NCBI GenBank assembly: GCA_951406725.2
Contig: OX597815.1
Location: forward strand, 130,076,001-130,140,000
Reading direction: 5' to 3'
From: Octopus vulgaris
Lineage: Eukaryota
DNA length: 64,000 nucleotides
The notes under the pieces are model-generated. The model was not told the origin of the DNA, searched no databases, and saw only the letters and a list, made by a program, of their open reading frames with translations. Position 1 is the stretch's first letter. Each line of letters starts with the position of its first letter. Of this stretch, positions 39,260-53,396 are shown piece after piece. The translations under genes were made by a program, and so were the position numbers.

Positions 39260-40047
39260 TTTTCTACTCTAGGCACAAGGCCCGAAATTTTGGGGAAGGG
39301 GGCCAGTCGTTTAGATCGACCCCAGTGCGTAACTGGTACTTAATTTATCGACCCCGAAAGGATGAAAGGCAAAGTCGACCTCGGTGGAATTTGAACTCAG
39401 AACATAAAGACAGACGAAATTCCGCTAAGCATTTCGTCCGACGTGCTAACGTTTCTGCCAGCTCACCGCCTTATATTCTTTTCTACTCTAGGCACAAGGC
39501 CCAAATTTTTTGGGGAGGGAGTTAGTCGATTAAATCGATCCCAGTACGCAACCGGTACTTAATTTATTGACCCCGAAAGGATGAAAGGCAAAGTCGACCT
39601 CGGCGGAATTTGAACTCAGAACGTAGCGGCAGATGAAATACCTATTTCTTTACTACCCACAAGGAGATAAACACAGAGAGGACAAACAAGGACAGACAAA
39701 CGGATTAAGTCGATTAAATCGACCCCAGTACGCAACCGGTACTTAATTTATCGACCCCGAAAGGATGAAAGGCAAAGTCGACCTCGGCGGAATTTGAACT
39801 CAGAACGTAGCGGCAGACGAAATACCTATTTCTTTACTACTCACAAGGGGATAAACACAGAGAGGACAAACAAGGACAGACAAACGGATTAAGTCGATTA
39901 TATCAACCCCAGTGCGTAACTGGTACTTATTTAATCGACCCCGAAAAGATGAAAGGCAAAGTCGACCTCGGCGGAATTTGAACGGCAGACGAAATACCGC
40001 TAAGCATTTCGCCCGGCGTGCTAACGATTCTGCCAGCTCGCCGCCTT
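39260..40047 (-). mobile_element. Head-to-tail array of ~4 SINE family B units
   Basis: The core cgaccccgaaaggatgaaaggcaaagtcgacctcggcggaatttgaac occurs four times at ~180-230 bp spacing, with two alternative tails. Other family B copies at ~6170-6360, 16166-16456, 18635-18805, 20070-20640, 36140-36770, 46100-46290, 54405-54629 and 62122-62262. Confidence 0.88.
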
Positions 40048-41288
40048 AACAGGACAAGAAAGAATTTAGAGACAACAAAACGGCTGTGTAAATATTACAT
40101 ATGGTCTACATAGTTGTATGGTGCAAAAACATGGATATTGACGAAAACTATCTGATCAACTAGAAGAAATTGAAATGTGGTCATACGAATATCTTGAACA
40201 AAATATAAAACTGATAAAGTGCTACTACTAGCATATACAAAAAGATCATTAAAAAAAGAAACCAAAATACTTTGGTTACATAGAAAGTGCACAAGGTATA
40301 CTGCTATTGATAGATGGAAACATAAATGGCAAAAGCTGGTGAGGAAGACCCAGAACAAACTGGTTTGATAACATCAAATACTGGACTCAACTGTTATGTG
40401 GTGAACGTGTAAGAATGGCTGAGCAAAGACCTGAATGAAGATCCTTGATATTCAACCTACTGAGAGCAAGATGACACCAAATGATGATGATGTGATAATA
40501 TTACATGAAGACAAATTATTTAGCGATGACCGAACAAACCATTCAGTTATAGGATTCAACAATCTGTATCTAGCGCAAATAATCTCTTTAAACAAAATTC
40601 ACAGTAAGATTGGAACCCACTATTTTGTAATTTCATCTAAGAGAATAGTCTCCCACAAACATAGAGTTGCACTGCTGTTAGTATTCAACAATAGAACTTA
40701 GTTAATCATGGAGTTGACAAACTAGCTATGAACAAACCAAAATATAATCGACGAAAACTTTTTAAAAGCAAGGCATCATGTAATTTTCCCTACTACCAGA
40801 GTTACAATTACTTCTTATTATTCTTATTAGATACACACCTATGCAATATTCTATATACGATTAATTATATTTTTTGCTAAATGTACTTAATTTGATAAAA
40901 TAGTTAATTACTCTGTTAAGTTGTTACAGTAACTTTCTTCAAAAACCAACAACGACACTATCTTTCTGCTACATTGGATTACGTTTTCTATTCAATTCAG
41001 ATTTTATATTTCTATGACTTCTATGAGAATTAATTACGTTACCTTATTCAACTGCATTATACTAACTTATAAGTCATGACGTGCTTACATATAGTCACAC
41101 ACACACACACAGATATATATATATATACACACATATATACAGTGGAATTGTACTAATGTGACGAGTGACTTGAGGTAAGGTTGTACGTTGAAAATGAGGT
41201 AATTACATTGTAAAAGAGCCGCATAAGTCATTTAACAACACAATAATACTGTTAAATATATTTTTCATTTATTTCTTAAAATATTAAA

Positions 41289-41554
<266 letters not shown>

Positions 41555-42321
41555 ATGCGCGTGTGTGTGTATGCATGTTTGTCTGCCACCACCGTTGACA
41601 ACCGGAGTTGGTTTGTTCGCGTAAGTTAGCCGTTCGTAAAACAGCATCGTCAAAATAAGTACCTAACTTAAAATTATGTACTGGTGTTGATTTCATCGAC
41701 CAAACCCTACAACGTAGTGTCCCAGCATGACCGCAGTCCAATGACGGAAGCCAATAAGAGACAAAAGATAATAAGGGTCGATTGTATAAGATGTTGATTA
41801 CTTGACGTCAGTCACTTTTAATGGTTTATAGGTTCAATTCTTTTATATCGACCCCAGTGCGTAACTGGTACTTATTTAATCGACCCCGAAAAGATGAAAG
41901 GCAAAGTCGACCTCGGCGGAATTTGAACGGCAGACGAAATACCGCTAAGCATTTCGCCCGTCGTGCTAACGATTCATTAAAAAAAGATCATAAACAAAAA
42001 GTCTTTTTGTTTATGATCTTTTCCATCTATCAATAGCAGTATACCTTGTGCACTTTCTATGTAACCAAAGTATTTCAGTTTCTTTTTTTAATGATCTATA
42101 ACTTGATATACATCTATCATTATCACCGTCCTGTTTTTTATCTCTTTCAATTTCTCTTCTACACTTTCATTTTCTGCTTTTTGTTTATCTTCATTTGCCA
42201 GGTGAATTAGCTTTGACTCAATGCATACTTCTTTCGTTATGTACAAATACAAAGTATATTTGGTAACTTTGTAATGATAAACATACATATACACACACAC
42301 ACACACACACACATGCATACA

Positions 42322-42354
<33 letters not shown>

Positions 42355-42369
42355 GCATGCACACATATG

Positions 42370-42403
<34 letters not shown>

Positions 42404-42635
42404 CATGCATGCACACATACATACATGCATGCATACATATATACAAGCATGCACACATACATACATAATACATACATATATGCATGCACACATATGTACA
42501 TACATACATATATACATGCATGCACACATACATACATGCATACATATATACAAGCATGCACACATACATACACACATATACACATTGATACATACATACA
42601 CATACACACACACCTACACACACACACACACACAG

Positions 42636-44750
42636 AGTAATTGGGCTCTATAGGCCGCCCCAAACACCCATACTGTGCTTTAAAGAATGCCTCAACAGCA
42701 TTAAGTGCTTTATTCAACAGTGCCATTCTAGCAACCTACTCATGATGGGAGACTTCAATCATGCTTCAATCCAAAAAATATAACCTCCAACAATGCATGA
42801 AGACCCTCATCAATAACCAAAGATCAGCTGAGGAGAAGTGGGCCATTGAAAAAATCAAACTGAACCCCAAAGTGTTCTTTTCATTTGCGAGGAAACGCAG
42901 GGTCACTGTCTCCATTGTTGGCCCTCTAATTGACGAAACTGGCACTCTCCAAGATAATGCCAAATCCATGGCCGAGATACTGCAGAAACAATACTGCTCT
43001 GTTTTCAGCAATCCTGATATGGCCGATCTGGGCTGTATCAGTGATGTCAACCCCCAACACACTATATCGGACATAACGTTTAGTGCCCCTGATGTCTTAG
43101 CGGCGATAAACGAAATAAAATACAATTCAGCAGTAGGCCCCGATAGGTTCCCTGCTTGTGTCCTGAAGGTGTGTCGACACCAACTTGCATCTCCCCTTGC
43201 TAATCTGTGGAGAAACTCACTGGATATATTCCAAAAACCTTCTGTCCCAGTCTGTTGTCCCAGTTTTCAAAAAGGGAAACAAGTCCCTTGCAGTGAACTA
43301 CCGTCCGATCTCACTCACCTCTCATATCATCAAGGTATTTGAGAGGGTGGTGAGATCTCGAATAACCCAATTTCTGGAAAGCAACAGACGGCTGATCTCT
43401 AACCAAAATGGGTTCCGTAATGGAAGGGACTGCCTAACGCAGCTCCTGCATCACTTTGATGACATTTTGAGAGCTTTGGGAGATGGCTCCAACACCGATG
43501 TCATCTACCTTGATTTCAGTAAGGCCTTCGACAGGGTCGATCACAAGATCCTATTGAAAATACTATCCAACATTGGTGTCTCTGGAAAGTTACTGAAATG
43601 GATCAAGTGTTTCCTGACAGACAGATCTCAACATGTTGCAGTTGAAGGGGTAAAATCAAGTCCAGCCAAAGTCAGTAGTGGCGTTCCGCAAGGCACTGTG
43701 CTGGACCCACTTCTTTTCATCATTTACATAAATGACATTAATGACATCATCAAGCACAGCAACATAAAAATCTTTGCAGATGATTCGAAGCTACAGAAGG
43801 TCATAAATGAGGCGAGTGACCGGACATGCCTTCAGTCAGATCTACTGGCTGTTATCCAATGGGCAGAAAAGAACAATATGCTGCTGAACAATATGCTGCT
43901 GAACGAGGATAAATTTGAGTTAATCCATACTGAAACTCCCATACTCCTTTCCTTCAGGTGAAACTCTCGCGGCGTCCAACAACATCAGAGACTTGGGAGT
44001 AATTGTGGACAACAACATAAGCTGGGCCACTCATATAAACACCAAAGTTGACATGGCCCGCAGAATGTATTCCTGGATTCTCAGAACTTTCCAGTCGAGA
44101 GATATCCACACCATTATCCTTCTCTTCTCCACTTTTGCCCGACCACACCTTGAATACTGTTGTCCACTGTGGTCTCCCCACACAATAAAAGGTATCATAA
44201 AAGTTGAAGCACCTCAAAATGCAATCACAAAAAAGATAGATGGCATGACAGGCCTCGACTATTGGGGTCGACTAGAAAAGCTAAAGCTTTATTCTCTCCA
44301 ACGTCGTCGTGAGCGCTACATCATCTGCATGATGTGGAAAATATTCCATCAGCATTGCCCAAATGATGTTGGCATCACCTTTAATGTACATCCAAGGCTT
44401 GGGCCCCGTGCCATCCGCCCAAAACAAAAATCGCACTCTCATCTCATAACAACAATACGGCACAATTATTTCACCTCAATTGGCCCCGCTCTCTTTAACA
44501 TTACACCAAAACACATTAAAACAGAAACTGACCCTATAGGGTTCAAGAAGTCTCTGGACAGATTCCTTCAAGAAATCCCGGATAAACCCCCTACACCCGG
44601 ATATGTCTCTGTAAACAATAACTCTCTACTTGAGTGGGCCATAGTGCCCAAATTCTAACTTGAAAGACTTCACCAGGTGGTGCTATTAAGTTAGACATGG
44701 CCTGGGCCAATAATGGCCGAAACCTATCAAAGTATCAAAGTATCAAAGTA
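42636..44750 (+). mobile_element. CR1-clade LINE, truncated and frameshifted (APE remnant, RT, 3' tail)
   Basis: LYRPP and MGDFNH (APE) at 42640-42765; RT motifs NYRPISLTS, YLDFSKAFDRVDH, SGVPQGTVL, FADD and RPHLEYC; stop at 44658; tail of 8-bp (AAGTATCA)n repeats at ~44725-44750. Confidence 0.92.
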
Positions 44751-44764
44751 TATATATATATATA

Positions 44765-44960
44765 TGACCGCGTGTGTACCGTTGGCGATTTTTTTCCTCC
44801 GTCTTCCCTTCTTTGGATCTATCCTTTTCCTATGTTTCTAACGAAGAGCTCCGCTCGAAACGTTAAACCTTCCTTCCTTCCTTCTTTCCTGAGCGTCCAA
44901 TAATACTATACTTGTTCCACGTCCTCGCGTTGTTGTGTTTTCATGTTTGGATTAACTATA
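44765..44960 (+). mobile_element. Penelope-like pLTR fragment with a minimal hammerhead motif
   Basis: Second copy of the 12695-12874 element; gttt-CTAACGA-a-gagc-tcc-gctc-GAAA-cgtt-aaac at 44834-44868; flanked by TA tracts. Confidence 0.7.
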
Positions 44961-45130
44961 CATATATATAAATAATACACCAGCTTGTTGTTCTCATACC
45001 TTTCTTCGTCTTTTGTCTTCTGAAAATTTGAGCTATACACACACACACACGCACATATATTCATATACAAGCCGTTATGCAATGATTACTGCATAACATA
45101 TTACTATACGTTAGTGAAACACGTGTAATA

Positions 45131-45180
<50 letters not shown>

Positions 45181-45233
45181 TATATATACATATGTACATA
45201 CATGCATACATACATACATAAATACATACATAC

Positions 45234-45290
<57 letters not shown>

Positions 45291-45415
45291 TTATATTCAA
45301 CTGAGATTTTACATTTCTAGGAATTCTATGTATAAGGATTCATTACATTCCTTTGTTCGAATTTTCGTGTGCAGATGCTGAGAACATCTATTTAGGCAAC
45401 AAAAGGTCCCCCTCT

Positions 45416-45487
<72 letters not shown>

Positions 45488-45585
45488 TCAATGTATATAT
45501 ATTGCTTGCATGAATATATGTGTGTGTGTGTGTGTGTGTGTGAGTACGTATGTATGAGTACATACATGCATGCATTTATGCATGC

Positions 45586-45624
<39 letters not shown>

Positions 45625-47440
45625 TGTGTGTGTCTGTGTGTGTATGTACGTATGAAGTAAAAAATTTATAGAATATGTAAGCTATTCAAAATTTATTGCG
45701 CGACTTAGCAAAAGTTTCTTCAGTTTACTTGTTCAACATAACTTGCGATATTTCCATAAAATATATGCAGACATCATGTTGCATTCATCGTGATATATAA
45801 TGGCATTGTTCAGCTGGTTCAACAGTTTAATAATATAATCAATTTGAAATTTATCTAATTAGATCTTGTCAATTTTTGTACTTCACTAAGTAATATCCCA
45901 CTCATAAACATCTTGGAATTCGCAAAGATTTAAGATAATGAACTATAGATTATCATGCATTTACAAAGATTCTTCATTGGTGAAAGGAATTCAGGCTCAA
46001 CGGTTTTTTTGCGAGTTTAGTATGAGAATATAGTACAATTCAAAGATATCGGTTCTTTCGGGATTTTTTATTGTAGACTTTCAACTCGCTGGAACATATG
46101 GATTTCAAATTTTGGTACAAGATCAGCAAGTTCGTGGGAAGGGATAAGTCGATTGCATCGACCCCGGTGTTCAAGTGGTACTTATTTTATTGACTCCGAA
46201 TAGATGAAAGGCAAAGTCAACCTTGGCGGAATTTAAACTCAAAACGTAAACACGAACGAAATGCCGCTAAACATTTCGCCCACGTGCTAATTCCTGCTTC
46301 TTACTGTATATATAACGATTTATTATCGGTTGGCATATATCTGTGCAGTTTAGAAAGCAATTTTTTTCTGATGTTATAAGCAAGAACTTCGACTCGTGTT
46401 ACATTCATTAGTCTGGGGTACTTCTAGCTAATGAGACAGAACAATGTCGAAACAGCGATTGTTCCAGAGTCCCTTGCGCTAATGAATCGAGTGTGTTATG
46501 GACACAGTTTCGTCGAAAAAGAATTAAGGAATTGTTCTCCTGCGACGAAACACAACAACGATTAGAATATTCACGTTCGAATCTGCCAGAATGCATCAAA
46601 TATGCACGACATCGATTCGTAGATTTACTAAACACGACCTTTGTTCTATAGAGTTATAACAGATTCGTTATATCCATGCATTCCAGATGACATACTTCAG
46701 GCGCTTTATCAAAAACGTCATTAACACATTCACTAATTTTAGTCTCAAAACAACCATAACAGCTATTTTAACCATTGCTAATTTCTGAGATGTTTCCCTG
46801 AATTTAACATAAAAACTTATGCAAACCTTTCAGTAAACCCAACGAAACATTTACATACATTAACATACTGTATTGTCACTCGTTTATAGTTTTAAAAAAA
46901 TATGTATTAATAACATTCGTAGAAAGTTATTTAATTTGAGATCTTGTAAGGACATATTTGATGAGGAGCTTCTATAGCAAACGTTTAGGATGTAGTGGAT
47001 TTAAAGATAAGTTTACATACATCCCAGATTTCTCACCATGCCTCACTAAGTAGAAACACAGAAATATCTGTATTACATTACTTTTTGTGTTAAGGGTTAA
47101 GTTTAGAATTTTCAGTTTAATTGATAAACATGTTTTCATTGGCCGTTATTTGAAAACTATTCAATTGGAAGAAATTTAAATGAAGAACTTTACAACTCGT
47201 AATACATTCAAATCACCCTAGGCCAACTATACTTGAACAAATACAAACGCAGTTTTGAGGCAAGTTTAATTTTAAAGTAAACAGAAAAATTACAGACGTA
47301 TGACTGAAAGAAAATTTAAACAACGGTGCTTTAAGCATACTTCCTCGTTGAACATATTTAAAAGAGAACTCTGATGAAATTGGCTAATCACATTTAGCAT
47401 TTGAAAGAAAATGTGGCTTACCATAAAATCAAGTAAAATA

Positions 47441-47851
47441 GCGCAGGAGTGGCTGTGTGGTAAGTAGCTTGCTAACCAACCACATGGTTCCGGGTTCAGT
47501 CCCACTGCGTGGCATCTTGGGCAAGTGTCTTCTGCTATAGCCTCGGGCCGACCAATGCCTTGTGAGTGGATTTGGTAGACGGAAACTGAAAGAAGCCTGT
47601 CGTATATATGTATATATATATATGTATGTGTGTGTGTTTGTGTGTCTGTGTTTGTTCCCCTAGCATTGCTTTACAACCGATGCTGGTGTGTTTACGTCAC
47701 CGTCACTTAGCGGTTCGGCAAAAAGAGACCGATAGAATAAGTACTGGGCTTACAAAAAGAATAAGTCCCGGGGTCGAGTTGCTCGGCTAAAGGCGGTGCT
47801 CCAGCATGGCCGCAGTCAAATGACTGAAACAAGTAAAAGAGTAAAAAGAGA
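47441..47851 (+). mobile_element. SINE family A (tRNA-derived, ~400 bp), best-preserved uninterrupted copy
   Basis: Box A (tggctgtgtggt) and box B (gggttcagtccc), internal (TA)/(TG) tract and (AGTAAAAG)n tail. Other copies at ~520-810, 3012-3270, 4765-6065 (split), 8940-11288 (-, split), 18885-19045, 31524-31930, 32020-32113 (-), 49282-49770, 51258-53750 (split), 55430-55740 and 58920-59275 (-). Confidence 0.9.
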
Positions 47852-48581
47852 GTATCATTAAGCGATGAAGAACATTCAAAAACAAGTATAGAAAATACAA
47901 CTAAAATATACTTCATTATTTTAAAACTTCAGAATCCTGCAAACTTTTTCAACACAAGATCCGAAACTGTTACAGAACGCAGATACTTCGACAATCATTT
48001 ATCGAAGTACTGGAATTCATTACCACTATCTCGCTAAACATACCTTCGGAAACTCTATACATTTATACTTACTGTGTGTGTGAAATAAATGCGTATAGAT
48101 ATGTATGTATGTGTGTGCGTTCTCATACGTAAATAGTCTATTACTTGATACAATGATTTTCCTGGTAACCTTTTCCATATTATACTTCCTTTTTCAAACC
48201 TTATCTTCTTTCGTATCTTCTATTTACTAATTTTTATATATTAGTTTTTGTATTTTCAAGTATTTTCCTCTTTTATTTTCCATATATATATATTCGTGAC
48301 TTTATTTCTTCTTGTATTTTAAAATCTTTTACCTCTTTATGTTTCGTACGGTCTATTTCCTTTTCCATTTCTTCAATTTCCTTATGAACATAGAGAAACA
48401 GATTATCTTAATCTCTTAAGAATTAACAATATGTGTGTAGGATCTGAAATTTCCCATGTTGGTGAAATACATTGTCTGTCGAATGCCAAGCATTTGTTAA
48501 ATGGGGCACAAAAAGCAGATTTGCAGTGTTGTTATATGTCCGGTACATTATTGTTGTTCATGTAATCATGGTTTGCACACA

Positions 48582-48640
<59 letters not shown>

Positions 48641-48739
48641 ACACCCACACACACACACAGACAGAGTTTAACTTTTTGTTTTAATAATTACTACTCTATT
48701 CTTTAGAGTGTGTGCTTCTCTTCTGATATATGTTTTATT

Positions 48740-48802
<63 letters not shown>

Positions 48803-49416
48803 GTAATGTGCATATGTATATTATCATCGATGTGCAAGTACCCCAAAAGTCATCGATGTCGGTACTTGCTGGTTAGTTCAGCCATTTCTTTTAGTAGAGT
48901 ATACTCTGTCTTTAAGCATATCTATCATTTCTCATTGATCATTAATCACTTGAAAAATCATTATTCATTAAAAATACGATAAAATTATTTAATTTTTAAA
49001 AAATGCTAATAAAAATTGCTAACATTTTATAGCGTGCATTTTATATGGACTTGTATGTTCGAAGTTCATATTTATCTGTCTCTGAGAGATTAGATTTTCT
49101 GTAGTCAAAGTAAAAGTTTTGCTGCTTCTCATTTTTGTCTCGATTCTGCATTTTTCCGACAAAGGATTTTAAACAAACATTCTTTGCTGGAATAGGGTTA
49201 CCTTACTCTGAATAAATGAGAGGATGTTGCTACATTCTCAAATTACAGTTCCCAATTCGTTGAGAGTGATAAATATATAAGGTGTGTTTGTGTGGTTGAG
49301 AAGCTGGCTTCCTTCACAACCATGTGGTCTTGAGTTCAATCTCACAGCATGGCACTTTGAGCTAGTGTCTTCTATAGTCTCGGGCCTACTAAAGCTTTGT
49401 GAGTTGATTTGGCATG

Positions 49417-49460
<44 letters not shown>

Positions 49461-49491
49461 GACACACACACACACACACACATACACACAC

Positions 49492-49522
<31 letters not shown>

Positions 49523-50325
49523 TGTATGTATGTTATATGTCTGTGTAACTTTGTGTTTGTCACCGCCACCACTTGACAGTTGGTGTTGGTTTCTTTATGT
49601 CTCCGTAAATTAGCGGTTCGCCCTTAGTGATCGATAAAATAAACACAAAGGTTAAAAATCAAAGAGAAAATAAGGACTGGGGTCGATTTGTTCGACTAAA
49701 TCCTTAAAGTCGGTGTTCCAGCATTGCCGCTGTTCAATGGCTGAAACAAGTCAAAGATAAAAAAGATATATATTTAAGTTTACAAACAAGAAAATGTAAT
49801 TAATGCAGAAGTAGAGCGTCAATATTTATCGCCGTGTTGCATGAAGGTCAATATTTTTTGTGTCGCCATGAAGATCAATATTTTTTCAGACACATTCAAT
49901 TAGAGACCACAGACAGAAGATCTACAACTATACACCTCGATCACTAACGAAATAATAAATTTACAAAGAACATTTTATATAAACATTTTACATCGGAAAA
50001 ATTCTGTCACAAAATATCTCTAACACGATCATAATGACATTTACATTCACCAAAATAAATGTTATATCTTCGTATTTTATTTCCATTCATTAATCAATTT
50101 ATCAATTTTGAAAAACGTCTTAAATTTTTTGTACATTTCTTTAATATTTTAAAATGTTTTATCATTTTTATCATTTATCTTAATTGCCTTTAATAATTAT
50201 CATTATTCGCACAATTTGTTAATTGTTTTCATTATGTCTATGGTTTTTAACTTCAGTTCTGTCTCATAGGTTTACGTATGTATATGGAAATCGGTGTTTC
50301 TGTGCGTACAAATACGCAAGCAGAC

Positions 50326-50356
<31 letters not shown>

Positions 50357-50595
50357 TGTATGCATGTATGTATGTATGTATGTATGTATGTATGTATGTG
50401 TGTATGTGCGCGCGCGTGTCTTTCCTGCTGTAGCTAAGTAGAAATATGTGTGTGTGTGTGTGTATGTATATATATATATATATGTATGTGTATATATATA
50501 TGTATATATATATATATATATGTATGTATATATAAATGTATGTATGGGTGTGTAAAATTTTCACACCCTTCCTATAATGTAAACAGAGTCTCGCT

Positions 50596-50649
<54 letters not shown>

Positions 50650-51295
50650 CACACACGCGCGTGCGCGCGCTTACTCTGATATTCTAGCATAGTATGTGCA
50701 AAGTTTGAAGGACTACAGTTTCAGACTCTTGGTTCTCAATTCTCTATTTCTCACCTTTTTCCACATCCTTCACTTGTGTCCTTCCATATATTCACTGCCA
50801 TGCTTTGTGTCTCACTACAACATATTACTCTCTTCCTACAGCACTGAGGCTTTTGCCTAGAGCATCGTAGTTTTTCCCGAAGTTTAACAGATGTTGAAAG
50901 TAGGATTTTATAATTCGTGTACAGAGTTTGTTTATTTAGTTTGCAATATGAAGTCACATGTCACCTTGACATGTTTGATGCCCTAACGTCCGTTGTTATG
51001 CAAAGAAATATTTTAATGTACGATTTGCTTTATATTCTTTTTAGAATTGTTAGCATATTTGTTACTGTTATGACAGGCATTCTCTCTATATATCATTATT
51101 AACTTGATATCTGCGAGGTTGAGAATCTCGCTTTGCAAACACGTGACGTTTTAGTTCAGTCCTACTGTGCAACACCATGGTTAAGTGTCTTTTACTACTG
51201 CACGGATCAATCAATGACTTGGGTAGAGTGAGTTCAGACCACTCGTTTCTATATATTGGCGCAGGCGTGGCTGTGTAGTAAGAAGCTTGCTTCCC

Positions 51296-53396
51296 GCGCA
51301 TGCATTGTTGTAAGTATTGCTCGTACCACTGAAAGAAGTAGCCACGCTGGTGTACAGCTGGTGAAATATTAATTAAAAATGAAGCTCAACTGTAAGGTAA
51401 GACTTTTGTTTTTTGGGTCCAGTGGGGGTTTGTTGTTTGCTGTAATTATTTTTGTACAAACAAGAAATCCTCACTGGATTCTGGACTCTGGTCTGCCTAG
51501 AGTTGGGCAAAATTTGTTCACGTTAAGTGAATAGTTTTTCTCACTTAATTATGAGAATTGTTGTTTCAGGGGCGTATCTCGCCTTCAAAAATTTGTTCAC
51601 TTTAAGTGAATAGTTTTTTTTCAAATAATTGTGAGAATTCTCCGAAGACAGAACAACTTCTTTACCAAATATTGTGGAAGCTGTATTCTAGCTGTGGGTT
51701 CCGGGTTCGAATTGGATAACGAAATAGACTTGGATTACCTAGTGGCCAGAAGAAATTTTGCTTGCAGTGTTTTTTGAACTGTAGACTGTTTTCTTTCCTT
51801 CTTCTATCTTTTTTTGTGCTTTTTGTTTTGACTTTCTTTTGATTTCTTTCTTTTTCTTCCTTCTCTTTTTTTAATTTTTATCTTGAAGTGTTTTTTAACT
51901 TTTTATTACAAAAAAACATGGCAAAGAAAAAGGATAGTGTTTTGGAGTGGGAAATTGTCCCACGCAAACAGTGGATGAAAGACTTTGAAGAGAGGACGGT
52001 GGTGTTGAGGACTTACTCCAAGTCGCTCGACACCATCGCCCTATTTCAAAAGACTGTTATTAAAAAGTAGTTGGCAGAGTATCTGCCATTAAATTCATCT
52101 ACAGGGAGGTCAAATATGCAACGGTGTGGTTGCTATTTGACACCCCTGAGGAGGCTCGCAAATTTGCAAGCCAGCCCTTGGAGGGTAAAGAGATTTTGTT
52201 TCTTCTCACGTACCGTGGGAAGAAGTTGATAAGAATTTGCGTCTGCGGGTTGCCACCCGGGTTAGAACCCGAGGTGATAGAGGAGACTATCCGCCGGAGT
52301 CTGGGTGGCAGCGGAGCCAAACTCCTCAATGTGAAAATTTTGCCTGCAGCTAATTGGGTTGGGTCAAAAGCTATTTTGATCCTGTGGACCCAATCAGCCA
52401 AGAATCTGGTTTTTCCAGATTTTTTGAAAATGTCCAGGTGCAGGAACCCAGAGATTCTTGAGGCTGCCCCCCCCCCCAGGTGTCATCGGTGCTTGTAGCC
52501 TGGTCATATAAAGAAAAACTGTCCCTAGGAACATAGTAAGGTCCTGGAGCAGTTGGTTGAGACCCCTGTAGAAGAGGGAATGAAGGCGGCCGATGAGGCG
52601 GAGGACTCCTCAAAGAAGGGCCGCAAGAGGAAGAAGGTTAGCAACACTGGGAGCTCACCGAAGGATCCTAGGGATGAGGGAGGGGAGGCGAATCTCCTGC
52701 TCACGGAGGAGATGCACCTTCCATCAGTTAATAAAAAAGAGAGTAAAGGAAGAGAAACGGGACATTGCCGGCAGTCGGTGACATAGTACCCGAGTGTCCC
52801 GGAACCTCGTCGGTGGGAATTGTGCTGCCGACGGTAGAAGTGACTACCTCACCCTCGGAGGAAGACGAATTATTGGTCTTCTTCTACAGAGGCGGAGAAG
52901 TGTAGGTGTTGGAAAAGCACCATAAGGGAGTACCTTTAGCCTGTACACGGGATCCCGAATAGCCTCCGCAGATAGCTGTGGAGGTCATAACGTTGCCCGT
53001 GTTGCGTTGGCTGGGGGGACTTAATGAGGAATATCGCTTGTGGCAGGGCGACGCCGACACGGTACTCGCTTTGTGCTTGAATGAGGCGTGGATGATGTTG
53101 GAGAGGAATATGGATAAGAGGTTGAAAAACCTCAGTGTCATTGAAAATTCCTAGTTTGGGAAAAAAGGTAAGAGGCTTAGTGCCTCATTTTGTTATTGAA
53201 TATTGTGAACAGTGTAGGTTTGTTGCCTCATGATATATAAGAGATCAATGTTCTCGGGAAACAGCGATCGGCGGGCGTCGCTTGTTTCCCCCATTAATCA
53301 TCATTTTCATTTTTCATTTCATATAACATTATGTCTGTGTCCAGCCCGCAGCTTCCTTTCTCTATGTAAAGCCTTTATGGCCAATATAATGAAATA
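51296..53396 (+). mobile_element. ORF1-only (RT-less) non-LTR retroelement, copy 3, inserted in the head of SINE family A
   Basis: Perfect 16-bp TSD aagaagcttgcttccc at 51280-51295 and 53397-53412. SINE-A 5' part lies at 51258-51295 and the remainder at 53397-~53750. The 3' UTR shares tcggcgggcg, tgtccagccc and gcctttatggc with copy 1. Confidence 0.88.
51918..53154 (+). pseudogene. ORF1/gag-like protein with stops and frameshifts
   Basis: MAKKKDSVLEWEIVPRKQW...ERTVVLRTY...LFDTPEE...CVCGLP...LLNVKILPAANWVGSKAILILWTQSA...CHRCL*PGHIKKNC is clearly homologous to copy 1. The C-terminal VGIVLPTV...FFYRGGEV...TRDP...PPQIAVEVIT matches copy 2. End coordinate approximate. Confidence 0.78.

Noticed and set aside
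39260-40047. Regularly spaced repeats resembling a CRISPR array
   Set aside because: The units are whole SINE copies with homologous, not unique, intervening sequence; eukaryotic context with no cas genes.
42761-44658. Potentially active reverse transcriptase
   Set aside because: Split over three frames with most of the endonuclease deleted; a dead CR1 copy. Its 3' end is unlike that of the ORF1-only element, so it is unlikely to be the partner.
47441-47515. tRNA-like sequence with box A and box B
   Set aside because: It is the SINE head: poor anticodon stem, followed by SINE body and present in many decayed copies.
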